Below are positions 48,492 to 49,149 of a stretch of DNA of 49,149 nucleotides, piece after piece. This stretch comes from an uncultured Candidatus Rokubacteria bacterium (GTDB lineage: Bacteria > Methylomirabilota > Methylomirabilia > Rokubacteriales > DASRDR01). The notes beneath the pieces are model-generated. The model did no database searches, was not told where the DNA came from, and worked only from the letters and a program-made list of their open reading frames with translations. The translations under genes and the position numbers were made by a program. Every line of letters begins with the position of its first letter. Position 1 is the first letter of the stretch. The stretch spans positions 1-49,149 of the forward strand of contig CAVPSB010000043.1 in the NCBI GenBank assembly GCA_963708025.1, in the 5' to 3' direction.

Positions 48492-48938
48492 TCACTCCGC
48501 GAGCTTCACCACGGTACCCTTCAGGGCCACGCCGGCGACGAAGGCGCCCGCATGGCACTCGTAGTCGGTGTCGCTGACGACTTCGTCCTTCCGGTAGAAG
48601 CTCTTGATCTTGACGACGGCGTTGCCCCCCTCGGTGACCGCCCGGTCACGCAACGAGAGCATGGCCGACAGGAAGACCCACTCGCAGGCCGTCTCGTCGG
48701 ACTTGTTGGAGGCGTTCGTCTTGTGGTTCGACACGTACTCGCCGATTGTCCGGGCCACCGGCGGGTGTGGCTGGTTGCCGAAGTAGAACTTCACCGAGGT
48801 GCCGAGCTTCTCCTTGGCCGCCGGTGTGGCGAGCCCCTTCGCGATGGGAAGCATGTACTTCGTATCGCGCGCGCCGGCGGTGCCGCCCCCGACCGCGCAC
48901 AGCAGGACCACGAGGACCAGGGTCACGAGCGTATGCAT
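48492..48938 (-). CDS. Small secreted protein (YbjQ-like fold; family often mislabelled 'excinuclease ATPase subunit')
   Basis: Signal peptide ending AGA-RD, VKFYFG, KTNA.NKSDETAC.W.FLSA, GGNAVV.I.S, YECHAG..VAGVALKG. Confidence 0.8.
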   Translation of the reverse strand: MHTLVTLVLVVLLCAVGGGTAGARDTKYMLPIAKGLATPAAKEKLGTSVKFYFGNQPHPPVARTIGEYVSNHKTNASNKSDETACEWVFLSAMLSLRDRAVTEGGNAVVKIKSFYRKDEVVSDTDYECHAGAFVAGVALKGTVVKLAE

Positions 48939-49073
48939 GCGGCTCTCCTTTCGCGGGCAACCGTGAAGGTGTCGCCGATGAGACGGGTTGTTTGGCAAGC
49001 ATAGCGCGCGCGTGGAGCACGGGAAAAGCCCGATTTCCGACGGCGACCCAGGCGTCTACCCGTTGGCCGGAGC

Positions 49074-49127
49074 TTGACATCGCGGCTCGTGCGCGTCTAT
49101 TCTGTCAATACTGAAACGACAGAAGAT
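49074..49127 (+). promoter_or_regulatory. Sigma70 promoter with operator dyad upstream of a gene starting at 49137
   Basis: TTGACA (49074-49079), TATTCT (49098-49103), inverted repeat TTCTGTC-N11-GACAGAA overlapping the -10. Confidence 0.6.
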
Positions 49128-49136
49128 ACTGGTCAC

Positions 49137-49149
49137 ATGGACCTCACGC
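49137..49149 (+). CDS. Start of a gene running off the window (MDLT...)
   Basis: ATG directly downstream of the promoter/operator. Confidence 0.35.

Noticed and set aside
48492-48938. UvrA/excinuclease annotation
   Set aside because: Small secreted protein with no Walker motifs; the label is a known family misannotation.
1-49149. CRISPR array, tRNA/rRNA genes, intact IS or integrase
   Set aside because: No regularly spaced repeats, cloverleaf or rRNA signatures, or transposase motifs were seen.

Overview
Very GC-rich bacterial chromosomal segment. Gene content, repeat types and small-protein families resemble Candidatus Rokubacteria/Methylomirabilota soil genomes (inference, not proven). 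It is dominated by transport and catabolism genes: two peptide/nickel-type ABC clusters lacking ATPases, a polyamine-type ABC cluster, several amidohydrolases/M20 peptidases, an SDR, a polysaccharide-deacetylase-family enzyme, a Tat-exported molybdoenzyme pair and a sulfatase. It also has an arsR-arsM-arsN cluster with two ArsR boxes, patatin plus GMC oxidoreductase divergent from a NUDIX plus membrane-protein pair, and an island of small Zn-ribbon and receiver-domain genes. About a dozen single-base frameshifts in otherwise intact genes suggest an error-containing long-read assembly. Most notable: (i) an OsmC-family gene with an in-frame UGA at the second catalytic Cys position followed by a SECIS-like hairpin (probable selenoprotein), heading a co-oriented run with a di-heme c lipoprotein, an MFS transporter and YceI; (ii) a foreign-looking ilvD-lysR block with truncated gene stubs at both ends (an lgt stub on the right), abutting a REP/MITE-like inverted doublet that also truncates a host permease; (iii) a sulfatase gene sitting between two ~170-bp diverged direct copies of a permease 5' end; (iv) an amidohydrolase that appears to have lost all three beta-site metal ligands. 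No rRNA, tRNA, CRISPR array or intact transposase was seen.
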